A DNA stretch of 64,000 bases from Chrysomallon squamiferum (GCA_012295275.1 CM022677.1:5890001-5954000), one strand, 5' to 3'; shown: positions 17,562 to 32,560, counted from the first letter of the stretch. Notes: generated from the letters alone by a model not told the origin. Numbers and translations: made by a program.

Positions 17562-19797
17562 CTTAATTATTGTGATTGAGATTTATTTTGAACATCGAGC
17601 AGGGAAGGCTACTCTGTTTTCATGTCATAGAAGTCAGGGCAGACATTGTTTATTTTATTATTTATTTTATTTATTTCTCATTCTGCGTTTAGTCTTGATT
17701 TATTTTTTTATCTTTCGCAGCAAACATGATACATACTGAACACGACACCGGATGCACACAAAAAAGCTTAACTTTCTTAAATTTTATACTGAGAGCTTTC
17801 ATATTAGCATTCATTTCTTTCTTTCCTTCTTTTTCCTCCTTTCATTAGATTACAATTATCTATGAATAACTTTGATTCATGTCAGTAAAACCTAAATCTC
17901 TTGTGATCATGGGGTCGATTGTTATAAGCAATATGTTTATGTCGGGTACAGTGTATTTACCTCGTTGTCTTGACAACAAATCCACGTGGTGGGGAACCCG
18001 GGACCTAGTATCTCCTTGATTTAAATCTTTCCTTCTTCTTTTTATCTCTTTCATCCACCATTCTATTTATTTATTTATTTATTTATTTATTCTTCAGTTA
18101 ACTTATGTGCTAGTTTCAAGTAAAATATTTGATACGCATATAATTTTAACATTGAATATAACAATACATTTACTTTTTGTTTTGTCAGTATGAACCAGTG
18201 TTTCTTTCACTTTAAAGTGAACCTGTCTGTCTCAATAAGAACAGATATTTTGTAGTAAAATTCTTTATACTTTCAAGTTATTATTTCTCTCTTTAGAGGG
18301 ACCTATCCTTTCACAAAATAAAGTTTGACAATAACACTGTCACGAAACATTTGACGGATGTAGATGTTCCCAGCTGAAGTCGTGACGTCATCACGTAATG
18401 GGACTGATCGCTATACTTTTCTACACAGTGGAATCGTGTCGGGATGTAGAACATTTATTTTATGTAATACCGGTTTACAGAATTATAAATATTCCGAGAA
18501 ATAAAATGTGATTTACATTTCTGAACTGTAATATTTATATCTGCGACTTTCTTCAAACTGACTCGTGAAACAGAAAATCAAATTCGATGTTGTTATTTAT
18601 TTGTTTTTATTAAAACAACGCTGCAAAAACTAACTAACTAAATAAATAAATATATATATATATCTGCTACCAAATAAACTGTCTGTCAACATGTGTTTGT
18701 TCTTATCTTGTTTTATTTACTTATTTAGTTCCAGTAAATAAGATCATTATAGAAGGTAGCATGACTTAATATCTGTCTGTGTGTATAACCGTACATATTA
18801 TTCATGTTACAGCATGTTGTACATTCAGCAAAATAGGGCAGACATTGTTTATTTAGTTTTAATTTTATTTTCACAACTCACACTACGTTAAACAGGAATT
18901 TTATTAATTTCTTCATCAAGGCTAATGAAGATCTTTCTCGGTGATTGCTTTGATTATGCCTGTGATAGTTTTAACGTCTGTTGTTGAGTACATGTAGTGA
19001 CCGTTTTAATGTACGTCTGACTAGTTTATTTTAAAATCTAACGACAGAGAAGACTGAGTATTACTGATAAATGTTTCATTCCCAAACATTTACCAAATCA
19101 GCTGATATTGTATAATTTGTCTTTGATTAAGCTGATTAATTTATACCAACATTGTAACTTAATAAATAATTTCATTTAATGAAAACAAGAAATTTGACAG
19201 TGAACTAACTTGAATCTTTCATGGCCGCTTGTCAAAACATGGTTCTAACGAGAAGAAACCCCATATTAAACACTTTAATAATAATAATAATAATAATAAT
19301 AATTACAAAAACAGAGAAATATCAAAGACAAATATCATGAACAAAATCATCTAATGAATATGATTGTAATAAGAAATATCCATTTTAGCCATTTTAAATT
19401 ACAGCTCAATATTAGATTATAATTAAATCAAATCAGTATATAGAAATTAACCTGTTACTTTATTAACATTGAACATATTTTTATTATACTAATTCTGTAT
19501 TTTGTGCAGCTTCCCGAATAGACTGAATTACATCAGCATTAATATTTGACGAAATCAATTAATTTAAATTTGTATTTTCAAATAATTCCGTAGACATTTT
19601 ATTCTTCCATTGACTATTTTTTAAAACAGCTGAACAAAGTAAATATTATTATTTTTACAAATTGCTCATTCGTCAACAACTTAACTTATACTTCGACCAC
19701 GATTCTCTTATTCGCGCCATTTGTCTTTCTTCTTCTTCTTATCATCATCATCACCATCATCATCATCATTATTCTATATGCAAAGATATAATTCGAT

Positions 19798-19852
<55 letters not shown>

Positions 19853-20212
19853 CTGTAGTTTGACATTAAAGTTTGAAATCTGATCCAGTTTCACAGACAA
19901 AACTAGACAGTATCAGTCATAGTTTCTAACAGTGAGTGTAACTACAAAGGGTCCAAATTCTTGTTAACAGCTCAACCGTGAACATGGTTAACGTGCGATC
20001 TATACATGTGCTACGTACAGTACAAATCTAATAATAATAATAAAAAGAAAAACCACAATAATGAAGTGTTGTTTCACATTTTTCTATCTCTAACAATGAG
20101 CACAAATACACAGGTTTCAAATTCTCATTGTTTACAACTCAACCGTGAACACGATGAAAGGGAGATCTGTGTATCTATACATAAACTAAACACAGTATTA
20201 AAAAAAAAATAA

Positions 20213-20284
<72 letters not shown>

Positions 20285-20394
20285 TAGAAGTATTAATAAT
20301 AAGAAGAAAAAGAAGAACTACAACAACAATAAGTGCAGTGATTATGATATTAAGAAATATAACAATGATAATAATAATAGTATGAGTGAAATAA

Positions 20395-22096
20395 AATAAT
20401 GAGTTTCTTGAAGCTAAATGCAGGTGAAAAGTTACATACATTCATTCATACATACATACATCCATAAAAAGTTAATACATACATACACATTTAACATAAG
20501 ATCCATAAAATTTTAACTTTTCCTCTGTAACATTTAACACAAGATCTATTATTATTATTACTTATTACTATTATCATTATTATTATTATTATTATTATTA
20601 TCATCATCATTATTAGTAGTAGTAGTAGTAGTAGTAGTTTTAGTAGCTTTTGATTAATTTATTCTTTTATTTTTAATAAAATGATCAAAGACGACCCCAA
20701 ATATGCAAATCGATCAAAATATATATAAAACATCTACATATAAATATATGGAGTTATCTGTCATACATGCAGTAGAAAAACAAATGCATACCCCAAATAA
20801 TAAGAACAATAAAATTCGATAATACATAAATAAAAAAATAAAAATAAAAAATAAAAATAAAAAAATAAAAAAATAGGGAATTCCTCGCACAGAGATATTT
20901 CTGTATTTTAATTATTGTTGTATATTTGTTTATTTATTTATTTATTTATTTATTTTATTTTATTTTATTTTATTTTATTTTATTTTATTTTTTTATTTTA
21001 AATTTCTACATACAGGATGAATAACAGTTAGAGGACTAATATGCAAATCTCTCCTCGTTTTGACAATGTACGTCAAAGTAGTTCGTTCTGTAACCACGTT
21101 AGTTGTTTTTATTGGTTTTAATCAACTTTTTACATTCTGTACATAATAATACGACCTCTGACTATGGACACTGACGACTGACAAAAAGACTGGACAGCTG
21201 TGTTTAACTCAGTCGGTGATCTTTTAATACAGTCACTCATGTGACATCACGTGCACAGGCGACATTGCGTGATTTCTCTTCTAGCTGACGTCAGATGTTT
21301 GTCTTCAAGTTTTAATAAAGAACTTTTAGGACCCACACAGTTTGTTGTTATCTTTGAGGTCACAGTTCAGGTCAACCATGTATTTAACTCAATCGGGATC
21401 TTTCAATACAGCCACTCATGTGACACCACGTGCACAGCCGACATTGCGTGATTTCTATTCTCTAACAATGAGCGTAAATGATTTATCTTCTAGCTGACGT
21501 CAGATCTTTGGCTTCAAGTTTTAGTAAAGAACTTTTAGGACCCACCCAGTCTGTTGTTATCTTTGAGGTCACGGTTCAGGTCAACCATTTATTTGAGTAC
21601 GGCTAAAACACTAACGACTTTTACAGACTTGTTGAAACTGGTTTGCATGCAGGGTAAGAAAGAGACGGAAAGAGTGTGGGGGGTGGAAGGTACCAACTAC
21701 GTGAACTAAACAGTAATATCGTGCTTTACAAAGTTCCCCAGAATATCGAATTAATAACTTAAATTAACTTTACTTTTCTCATTTTTAAGAACTGATTAAG
21801 TAATTAAGTAAGTAATGAGAAATTGAAAACCATTCGTATTATTATTCATTTCTCTATATTTTTTTATCTTCTTCTTTCTCATTTTGTTTCTCTCATATTA
21901 CAATTATCTTCTAAATAACTTTAAATCAACAGCAAATATCTAATTTCGGGTTTCATTCTTGTTGTCTTGATAAAATAAACTGAAGAGCATCCATGGAGAC
22001 CTAACATTTTTCTGGACCTTGACCTTCATTCTTTTTTTATATTGTTATTTTTCTCTTTTTCATTTCATTCTAACTAGCTGTCAATAGAGCTACCTA

Positions 22097-22181
<85 letters not shown>

Positions 22182-22420
22182 GCATGTGTCTGTGGGTGAG
22201 TGGGTGTTATTGGATGTCGACCTAAACGTCTGTTTTCTACGTGTATATTGTCTGCAGTTCTTATATATGTGTATACGTATGTTTACGATTGTACATGTAT
22301 GTGCGTTTGTGCATGTGTCACATGTTTGCGAAAAACTCTATTTTAGAAAATGAACATCGTCAACAAAAATAACAAAGAAAAAAATAAATATATAACAGAG
22401 TGAAAATTAATCGATAAACA
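20395..22420 (+). repeat. Segmental duplication copy B, with an internal ~200-bp tandem duplication
   Basis: Direct paralogue of 20-1760; block 21205-21385 is repeated at 21385-21590. Confidence 0.92.
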
Positions 22421-22482
22421 AAACAACAAAGAAAAAAATAAATATATAACAGTGAAAATTAATAATAAACACAATAATAAAA

Positions 22483-22526
<44 letters not shown>

Positions 22527-22740
22527 GAACTGTACTTTAACATTAAAGTTTGAAACCTGACCTACTGTTTGACAGATAACACAAAACGGCAGTGAAATCA
22601 ATACCTGTGTTACGACATTTTTCAAGTATCTAACAATGAATGTAACTACAAATTCTTCTTGTTAACCTGTCAATCGTGAAGTCGATTAACGTGCGACCTA
22701 AATACCTGTAGAGCTGTTAAACAGAGTAAAAACCACCACC

Positions 22741-22775
<35 letters not shown>

Positions 22776-23298
22776 AATAATAATAATAATAATAGTGAAA
22801 TGTAGTTTAATATTAAAGTTTGAAATCTAACCTACTGTTTCACAGACAGAAATAGAGAGTATCAGTCACAATATTTTTTAAGTACCCTTATAACGACATA
22901 TCTCTATTCTCTAGCAATGACTATAACTATACAGGTTTCAAATTCTCCTTGTTAACAACTCAACCGTGAACACGAGTAACGTGCGATCAGTCAAAGTATC
23001 TGCAGAACTGTTAAACACAATAAACCGCACCCAAAACTCTCCCAAAAACAACTAATAAAAACAAAAAAAAAAAAAAACCCAGCAAGAACACCAACATCAA
23101 CAACAGCAGCAACAAGATAATAATAATAATAATAATAATCATAATAATAATAATAGTAGTAATAACAATAACAATAACAACAACTGTTAATAAACAGAAA
23201 CTATATCGGAAACACTTACTAAGCAACTGGTTTATCATGACCGGCGCCATTTTGGATTATCCTAAACACCCCTAACCAAATCAAGGAAAACATGAGAC

Positions 23299-23342
<44 letters not shown>

Positions 23343-24298
23343 TGCCACTATTTATTTCAAAACAGCAGTAGACACAGAAAACAATTTTCTACGTGACTAC
23401 ATAAAAGCGGACGCACTCACACTTATAATTCATTTTCTGAAAAGAAATGTAACACTTATTATAAATATAATATTGACTGCTGAATCATAATTCATATACA
23501 GACCATATTTTCAGAGACTGATCGTAGATTGATAATCAGAGGTATAGGATGGAAGGTTTCTACAGTGGAATTATTTTTAAATTTAATTTCCTAAACCTTT
23601 CGAGAATTTCAGTTAATAAACAGGAATTGTATCGCAAACAGTTAACATGCCGGCGCCATTTTGGATTATACTAATTCCCCGTAATAAAACACAAAGGAAA
23701 GTTGTCGCACATAAAGGAGAAGAAGAAGAATGTAAAGAATTCAAGGCATTATATATTTATCCGGATAAAAAAGAATGCATATAACCAGTTTGTTTAAAGC
23801 ATTTTATTTTCTGATACATAACTTAACAACATGCCGGGGTTTTAAATTAGGCGGATCTGTTCAACCATGTAAAATATAAACCGGGTTACGACCTGGACCG
23901 GAAATCGTGGTTAACAGGTGAAAACTTCCGATTAGAACATAGTAACATATCAGCGTCCGTGCGAATGTCGATACTGGCAAATAAAATTTAATCTTGAAGC
24001 AGTAACTGTCTATTTTAGATAACTGTACAAAAAGAAAACCTCAAAAAATTATGTTCCTATCTTTATTCGAACAAAAATTACTGTTGACGATGTTCTCCAT
24101 TTTTTTCAGTAAAAAGTTTAAAAACAATAAATAAAAAAAATAAAAAAATAAAAATAAATAAAAAAAAAATAATGATGATTGAAGGATTTAGTAAAAAGAT
24201 ACTGTTTATTTTTTGAAATTTATTATTTATTTATTCCTTGCACAGATCTGAACTCAGAGCTCATTATTTCCTTCGGCTTTATTACTACTACTACTACA

Positions 24299-24329
<31 letters not shown>

Positions 24330-24968
24330 TTTGATGAACAAGTATGTGGTTACTTTGTAGAATGAACTGAAATGTAACCAAAAAAACAAACTAATGTTAA
24401 AGGCAAACTCAAACTGATTAAAATCATTAACACAAATTACTTCCCTTGAAATCGGTAGTATCAATTTCCTCGAACAAAAATTATTACTATTTTCTTTTAA
24501 ATAAGAAGAGATCAACAAAAAAAAAAAAAAAAAAAATTAAGAAAATAAAATATCAATACCTTTTGCTATTCATGCATTGCTTCATTCTACTGTTTTCAAG
24601 GTGTTCTCTTGTACTTTCCTTCAGAACACTTGTTTAGTGAGAACACTGATCTATGTCAAAGTTCATTTCTAATCATTAAAAACCACACAATTTAATCCGA
24701 ACAAAACAAACAGTGCACACTGGAAAAGGGAAATGTTACTCGTTACTGTGGTATACATTGCATGGTCCTCTGAACAAAAGTGTATCTGTGCTGAGCTGGG
24801 AAAAACGTTTCAACTGATTCAGGTCTTTCGGGCAGCTGCGCAGTACGACGACAATTCGAAATTTATGCATGTGTCCGAGGGCAAGCTCCGGCTAATAAAT
24901 TTCAAAATGTAGATGCTGGGATGAAACATCAGATTAATGGCTTCTGAATATTATAAATAATATTCGTT

Positions 24969-25004
<36 letters not shown>

Positions 25005-25429
25005 TAATAAATAATGAAATAAATTTTATTACACTTTCTGAACACAGAAACAGTATTTTATTTTATCTGTTAGAGCACGTAAAAATGATCTCTTATCCCA
25101 AACTTTTACAAAAGATATTTGTATCGTAGTATTTATCCGTTGATTTAATTTATCGTAGGGATGTAATTTAATAAAAAAAAAAAAAAAAACTTCATTTAAT
25201 AAAGTCGAGATATTTAAGAGACAAAATTCCACATTAAAATATCATCTAAAAGAAGAAGAAGAAGAAAAGGACAACAACAAAAACAAGAAGAAAAAAACAA
25301 ACAAGAAACAAGCAAGAAAACAAGAAAAACGACAAAAAATAAAAAATAAATAAATAAAATAAATGAATAAATAAATAAATAAATAAAATAAAAATAAAAA
25401 TAATTAAAACATAAATAAATAAATGAATA

Positions 25430-26117
25430 AAGTAGTGCCTCGAGTTATTGCTGTGAGTTGTGAGTCTAAATCCGAGTTACGGGCGAACTTCAGATACGCC
25501 ATCGCTAATTGGCGCAACGAACAAACACAACGTCCGCACAGCATCCCGCGTCTCACTCGTTTGCTTCACGTAGGAAGCATCTCTGTTGTGCTGTGCTTGC
25601 GTTGTGTGCAGTATTTTGACAAATTTCCATGGATCTTAAGAAAGTGAGAGCACAGGACAGTGTGAGAAGAAGAAGCTCTGGTGTTGATTGAATTAAAGCA
25701 TGAAATCATAGAAGAACATGAGCCAGGTGTGCGTGTAGTCAATTTCTCTAGGCAGTACGAGCGCAGTACTTCTACAATATGTAGCATACTGAACTAGTAA
25801 GATTCGACAAAGGCGATAAAATAATTTCTAAGCTGCGGACTCTGTCCATGAAAAAATGGAGAACCCCTAACCCTGTACATTTTACAAAACCACTTTGTTT
25901 CTTTACATTCTCTTTTATTTTGTATTTATACAATATTTTTCATTGATACATACATTTTTCTTATTTAAAAACACGTTACAAAAAAAAAGCTTTTGGGGGG
26001 CCTGGAACGGATTAAAGGTATTTTAGTTAATTTCATTTACGAAAATCGATTTGATATAAGAGCAAATTGAGTTACGACTTCGGTCACCAATTAAACTCGT
26101 AAGTCATGATACAACTA
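25430..26117 (+). mobile_element. Tigger/pogo-like DNA transposon deletion derivative with N-terminal transposase (HTH) remnant
   Basis: Degenerate TIRs (aagtagtgcctcgag ... ctcgtaagtcatgatacaacta) with TA flanks. 25629-25797 reads MDLKKV..(frameshifts)..IELKHEIIEEHEPGVRVVNFSRQYERSTSTICSILN*, a CENP-B/psq-type HTH typical of Tigger. Subterminal sequence is shared with the 63653 element. Confidence 0.85.
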
Positions 26118-26612
26118 TACAAGAAAAAAAGAAGAAAAAAGTAATCTGTTCTAAATATGAAACTATATTATACTGAAACTATTAAGTGCTAATCATAATT
26201 ATTCTACACTTTTTGTAACTTTCTGAATAAACTAATTTTCATCAGCATTTACATTTGACAGAACCAATTAATCTTAACTTTGTATTTTTAAATAATCAGT
26301 TATTCCGTAGTTATTTATTCCTCTATCGACTTCTTTATGAGATAACTGAACAACATATCCGTACATGGTTCTTATTTATTATTATTATTATACAGTTTCC
26401 ATATATACAAATATACATTTTGAAGTTTTATTATTCGATGAAAAAGATAAACTAAAAAGATTATAATAATGTAAAAAATCATTATTTATTTATTTATCTA
26501 TAATGTAGTTTTATTAATTCATAATTACTGATGTATTGTTTATAAATGAAAACGCAAACGTGATAAAATAAAATATAATAAAGTAAGTGTAGTATTAGGT
26601 TTCCCTATCTAT

Positions 26613-26812
26613 NNNNNNNNNNNNNNNNNNNNNNNNNNNNNNNNNNNNNNNNNNNNNNNNNNNNNNNNNNNNNNNNNNNNNNNNNNNNNNNNNNNNNNNN
26701 NNNNNNNNNNNNNNNNNNNNNNNNNNNNNNNNNNNNNNNNNNNNNNNNNNNNNNNNNNNNNNNNNNNNNNNNNNNNNNNNNNNNNNNNNNNNNNNNNNNN
26801 NNNNNNNNNNNN
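26613..26812. other. Assembly gap (200 N)
   Basis: Fixed-length N run; contiguity across it is not guaranteed. Confidence 1.
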
Positions 26813-26857
26813 GGCTTTTACATATAGTGCTGTCGTCGTGGTCGTTGTTGTTTGTTT

Positions 26858-26892
<35 letters not shown>

Positions 26893-27029
26893 GATGTTAT
26901 TGTTGTTGTTGTCTACTTTTAGCTGGATGATATTACCGATGACGATGGTGATGATGATAATGATAACAATAAACTAATATAATATTCACCATCAACATAT
27001 ACATAATATGTATAAGCATTCATTTAGAA

Positions 27030-27935
27030 AGAGATGCAAACATATCCATCCATCAATCCATACATACATGCATGCAAACATACAAACATACATACAAACA
27101 TACATACATACATACATACCATACATGCATGCAAACATACATACAAACATACACATACATACATAACACATACATACATACATACATACATACATACATA
27201 CATACATACATACATACATACATACATACATACATACATACATACATACATACATACATACATACATACATACATCCATCCATACATACATGCATGCAAA
27301 CATACATACATACATACATACTTACATACATACATACATACATACATGCAAACATATACATACATACATATACATACATACATATACATACATACATACA
27401 TACATGCAAACATGCAAACATACATACATCCATACATACATACATACATACATACATGCATGCAAACATACATACATACATACATACATACATACATACA
27501 TACATACATGCATACATACATACATGCATGCAAACATACATACATACATACATACATACATACATGCATGCAAACATACATACATACATACATACATACA
27601 TACATGCATGCAAACATACATACATACATACATACATACATACATACATACATACATACATACATACATACATACATACATGCATGCAAACATACATACT
27701 TACATACACATACATCCATACATACATGCAAAACACATACATACATACATACATACATACATACATACATGCATGCATGCAAACATACATACTTACATAC
27801 ATACATCCATACATACATACTTACATACATCCATCCATACATACATGCATCCAAACATACATACATGCATGCAAACATACATACTTACATACATCCATCC
27901 ACACATACATGCATGCAAACATACATACTTACATA
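27030..27935. repeat. (ACAT)n-based compound microsatellite
   Basis: tacatacata runs punctuated by tgcatgcaaaca. Confidence 0.97.
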
Positions 27936-27974
27936 CTCGGACACTGAACAATCTTTTTTTCTTCTTTTTTTCTC

Positions 27975-28150
27975 GATAGCGGAACGGTAACATCATCCGC
28001 CTTGCGAGTTCGGGCGAATGGGTGTCATACGTTCAAGTTTCATCAGCGGCATCTGACGGGGTTTGTGAGGTCGTGATTCGACTTTGTTTCCTGAGCCAGT
28101 GCGTTCCCGAATATTGTCTATGTGCAGAGTCTAATCAGATGTACATAAGA
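27975..28150 (+). mobile_element. tRNA-derived SINE copy 1
   Basis: A-box-like tagcggaacggta and B-box-like gttcaagtt; body tcagcggcatctgacggggtttgtgaggtcgtga is shared with 61590-61745. Confidence 0.7.
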
Positions 28151-28160
28151 CAGAGAATGA

Positions 28161-28980
28161 AATACATACATGCATACATTCACATACAAATACAGATAAT
28201 ATGTAAATACATGGACACATTTATAAATGAAATACATACATGCATACATTCACATACAAATACAGATAATATGTAAATACATGGACACATTTATAAATGA
28301 AATACATACATGCATACATTCACATACAAATACAGATAATATGTAAATACATGGACACATTTATAAATAAAATACATACATGCATACATTCACATACAAA
28401 TACAGATAATGTGTAAATACATGGACACATTTATAAATAAAATACATACATGCATACATTCACATACAAATACAGATAATATGTAAATACATGGACACAT
28501 TTATAAATAAAATACATACATGCATACATTCACATACAAATACAAATAATATGTAAATACATGGACACATTTATAAATAAAATACATACATGCATATATT
28601 CACATACAAATACAGATAATATGTAAATACATGGACACATTTATAAATAAAATACATACATGCATACATTCACATACAAATACAGATAATATGTAAATAC
28701 ATGGACACATTTATAAATAAAATAAAATATAAAAAAATACAGATAATATGTAAATACATGGACATTTATAAATTCATACATATTCAAATACAAATACAGA
28801 TAATATGTAAATACATGGACACATTTATAAATAAAATACATACATGCATATATTCACATACAAATACAGATAATATGTAAATACATGGACACATTTATAA
28901 ATAAAATACATACATGCATACATTCACATACAAATACAAATAATATGTAAATACATGGACACATTTATAAATAAAATAAA
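28161..28980. repeat. 70-bp minisatellite, about 12 copies, at the SINE tail
   Basis: Unit aatacatacatgcatacattcacatacaaatacagataatatgtaaatacatggacacatttataaat(g/a)a. Confidence 0.95.
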
Positions 28981-29064
28981 AATTCTTATTTAACACAGAT
29001 GTTAACATTTCAAAGCTGCAATTATTGAAGACAAAATATAAATAGAATAATAAAAACTACTTAC

Positions 29065-29680
29065 GGAAGATGGTTGCTGCAAGCACAGATGGTGAACACA
29101 CACATTAACATCAATTCGCTGTATTTCGAATGTGCCATCTGATTCACTCTGGTGTCTACCACCGACGACGTAGACGGCAAACAAAACTGTCCAGCGTGAT
29201 ATTTGACGACGTTTCATGTATTTCAGCAACAGCATGGTATCCAGGGTACATATGAAACAGATACACATAGCGAAACACGTGAGAATAACAAAAAACACTG
29301 CAAACCCGTCACCCAGTTCGTACGGAAGGAATCTGCAATGGTCCCCACTTGCAAGGCTGTCGTTGGTGGCTGCTAGAGCTGGTGAGATCCCCGCTAGAAT
29401 TGGCAGGAACCAAATCCCTAAGAGTAGAACTTGAGAACTTTGGCGTACCACGTTTTGTCTTCAGGACATCTGAGCAGCGCCAGCCAGTGAAGACTAAGAC
29501 ATGAAAAAAACACGTAAACATTACACACCTCCTCTGTGCAGTCTACCTGCCCCAGGTAAATGAGCGCAGGTACAGGTAAGAGTATCACCGGGATTAAAGC
29601 CGTCGTTACAAACAGCGACAGCCACGCTACGTCGACGCGTGGAAGAACGGCTTGTAGCGCGAGACGACGGCGAGGACATT
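29065..29680 (-). pseudogene. GPR153/GPR162-like orphan class A GPCR exon remnant (end of TM1 to TM6), frameshifted
   Basis: Across 3 frameshifts it reads NVLAVVSRYKPFFH / VDVAWLSLFVTTALIPVILLPVPALIYLGQVDCTEEVCNVYVFFSCLSLHWLALLRCP / RQNVVRQSSQVLLLGIWFLPILAGISPALAATNDSLASGDHCRFLPYELGDGFAVFFVILTCFAMCICFICTLDTMLLLKYM / NVVKYHAGQFCLPSTSSVVDTRVNQMAHSKYSELMLMCVFTICACSNHLP, ending at donor CC|gtaagt. It matches recalled GPR153 motifs SLSYHR, MGIW and CRFIVAEIGLGFGVCF. About 12 aa of TM3 are missing. Confidence 0.75.
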
Positions 29681-29761
29681 CTAGGACTCGTCAAAACTGA
29701 CTGTTAACAAGTTCCAGGAAAACTTTGTTGGCAAAGCACTAGCTCTCACTTTGAAAAACTA

Positions 29762-29910
29762 TGAAACTATTTAAACTGGCACCTGTTTCAATACCAATCT
29801 GAAATACAGACAGATGAAACTGTATTTAAACTGCCAGCTGTTTCAATACCAATCTGAAATACAGACAGTTGAAACTGTATTTAAACTGCCAGCTGTTTCA
29901 ATACCAATCT
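29762..29910. repeat. ~55-bp tandem repeat, about 2.7 copies
   Basis: gaaactgtatttaaactgccagctgtttcaataccaatctgaaatacagacag at ~29763, 29816, 29871. Confidence 0.9.
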
Positions 29911-30763
29911 CAGTACTACATTAGTATACAATTTAATAAACTCTTCCAATTTTTCTAACATTTTAGCTGACATTTCTATATTTAATATCTTTTTGTATTT
30001 GAATAATCATTTATGATTGTGTACGACACAAAACAAATGTCTTTTGTGGTTAATAGAAAAACACACATGCACTTACATACAAACAGAAAGAAAGAAAACT
30101 AGAAAAAAGAAAGAAAGAATAGACAACAAAACAAAAGAAACAACAAAATATGAAGAAAAAAGGGAAAAAGATGAAACAATCAGAAAAAGCAAGAAAAAGA
30201 AAAGAAACAGGAAAAAGAATAAGCCAAGATATAATAAAAACAAAACAAAAACAACACACTCTCTCTCTCTCATAATTATTTAAAATTTATTAATATTAAA
30301 CTAATTTTAAAATTCATTCAGTTTTAGTTCTTTGTTTTTTATCAATACATAATTTTGTTTTTATTACTAATACTTTTTAAACTTTAAGTGTAATGAAATA
30401 ATACATAAAATATAAGATAAAAATAAAATTATAATAACAATAGTATTAATAATTAAATTAATAAATAAAAATAGTAAAATAAAAAATAATTCAAATATAT
30501 AATTCTTATTTGATGTGAAGAAACAATATTTACAATTTATATAAAAAACAGAAACATATTTGTTATATAAGAACTTTTTTATTGAAACAACTTTGAAACA
30601 CTTGAGAACTAAACAAAAACAATGTATGAAACACAAAGTAACATCTAAAAAATTTAAATAAACCAATAAATAAGTAACAATTGTTAAAATTGTATTTATT
30701 AACTGAAAATTATAAGAATAATAGGCTTTCTTTCCCTGAAAATATCTAAAGGACTTTAATAAA

Positions 30764-30836
<73 letters not shown>

Positions 30837-31240
30837 CAGCAAGAATATTAATAATAAAAAGCAACAACAACAACATTATAATAATATTAATAACAACAAC
30901 AACAACAACAACATTATAATAATATTAATAACAACAACAACAACAACAACATTATAATAATATTAATAACAACAACAACAACAGTAATAAAAAAGCCCCA
31001 GCAGCAACATTAACAACAGCCGTAATATTCCACAGTATTATCACTTTTATCTTAAACTACTGATAGATATTAAAATGATTATGTTAATGTTTTCAATTAT
31101 GAAGAGAACAAAAGATTATATTAATATTTTTTTACAAGTTTGTTTGGTCTAAAGACTCTGCCAGACACAGATATTTATCAGATAAACTGATACTCGGTTA
31201 AACACTAGTTTTATGAATGGTATTGTAACAAACAAATTGA

Positions 31241-31302
<62 letters not shown>

Positions 31303-31787
31303 TAAAATTAAAAAAATAGAAATTATAATTTAAAGAAATTAAATAAATAAAATAAAATATAATAAAATAGATCAATAAATAAATAAATAAAAATAGATCA
31401 ATAAATAAATAAATAAAAATAAATAATAAGTAAATAAATAATTGTATTAATAAAAACAAATAAATATGTAAATAAAAATAAATAAAAAGAATTAAAATAA
31501 TAAATAAACAAGAAAGAAAATTTCAAATGGAAAACAGTATATAACCCTACTTGCTAGAGAGGAAACCAGTTACATTAATCAGTAAAAAATGTTGTCCAGT
31601 CTTATGAGGAGTTCTCTTGGAATGGGAATTATTTATAAAAATATTGTAGTCAACAAGAAAACATATTCTTAATCAATGATATAATTTCTGGAATTTTTAT
31701 TAAAATCAAATTCTGAATGGACAGTTTACCAAGGCACAAACTTATAAACATAAATGATTTAATTTCATTTTATTTTATTTATTTTAA

Positions 31788-31841
<54 letters not shown>

Positions 31842-32078
31842 TTATTTCATTTCATTTCATTTATTTTTTTTTTTTTTTTTATTACATTTTAATGTATTTT
31901 TTATTTTATTTTATTTCATTTCATTTTATTACATTTTAATTCATGTCTTATTTTTATTTCACACTGTTTCATTTCTTTTCACATCACAGTCTGGGTAATA
32001 AAAATTACAACACTCATGTAAAATATAAACTCATTTTGCCTAAAATAAAAAAAAAAGATTTACTGCAGAGAGAAATAT

Positions 32079-32131
<53 letters not shown>

Positions 32132-32223
32132 ACAATTATATCTTGACACAATTACAATATAAATTCATAAAAATATTATTTACAAAATTAATGAAAATAT
32201 TAGTAGCTATAGTTATACTCTTA

Positions 32224-32316
<93 letters not shown>

Positions 32317-32560
32317 ACCTACATCCATTCATTGTAGAATGCAGATAAACACACACACACACACAAACATATGCACAAAACACGCACGAATACACACACA
32401 CACATACATATGGTATGTTTATTTATTTTATCTAGGTTTTTGTTTGTTTGTTTTTTTGTAAGGGAGTTATTGTTTTGGGGGTTTTGGGGTTGTTTTTATA
32501 TAATGATGATATGAAAGAGGAAACATTAAACCACCAAATAAAAATATTTTATATTTTCCA

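Noticed and set aside
23760-24010. CpG-richer patches here, at 38300-38370 and at 60670-60775 as genes or ncRNAs
   Set aside because: No ORF or fold support; they look like worn DNA-transposon ends, but termini could not be defined.
27975-28050. tRNA gene
   Set aside because: A/B-box-like motifs are present but no cloverleaf could be formed, and it continues into a body shared with 61590, so it is a SINE head.
29002-29451. 149-aa ORF as a standalone signal-peptide membrane protein, OST-alpha exon, or UGA-readthrough/selenoprotein (in-frame ATG TCC TGA upstream)
   Set aside because: Better explained as TM4-TM5 of the frameshifted GPR153/162-like GPCR; the apparent signal peptide is TM4 and the UGA lies at a frameshift.
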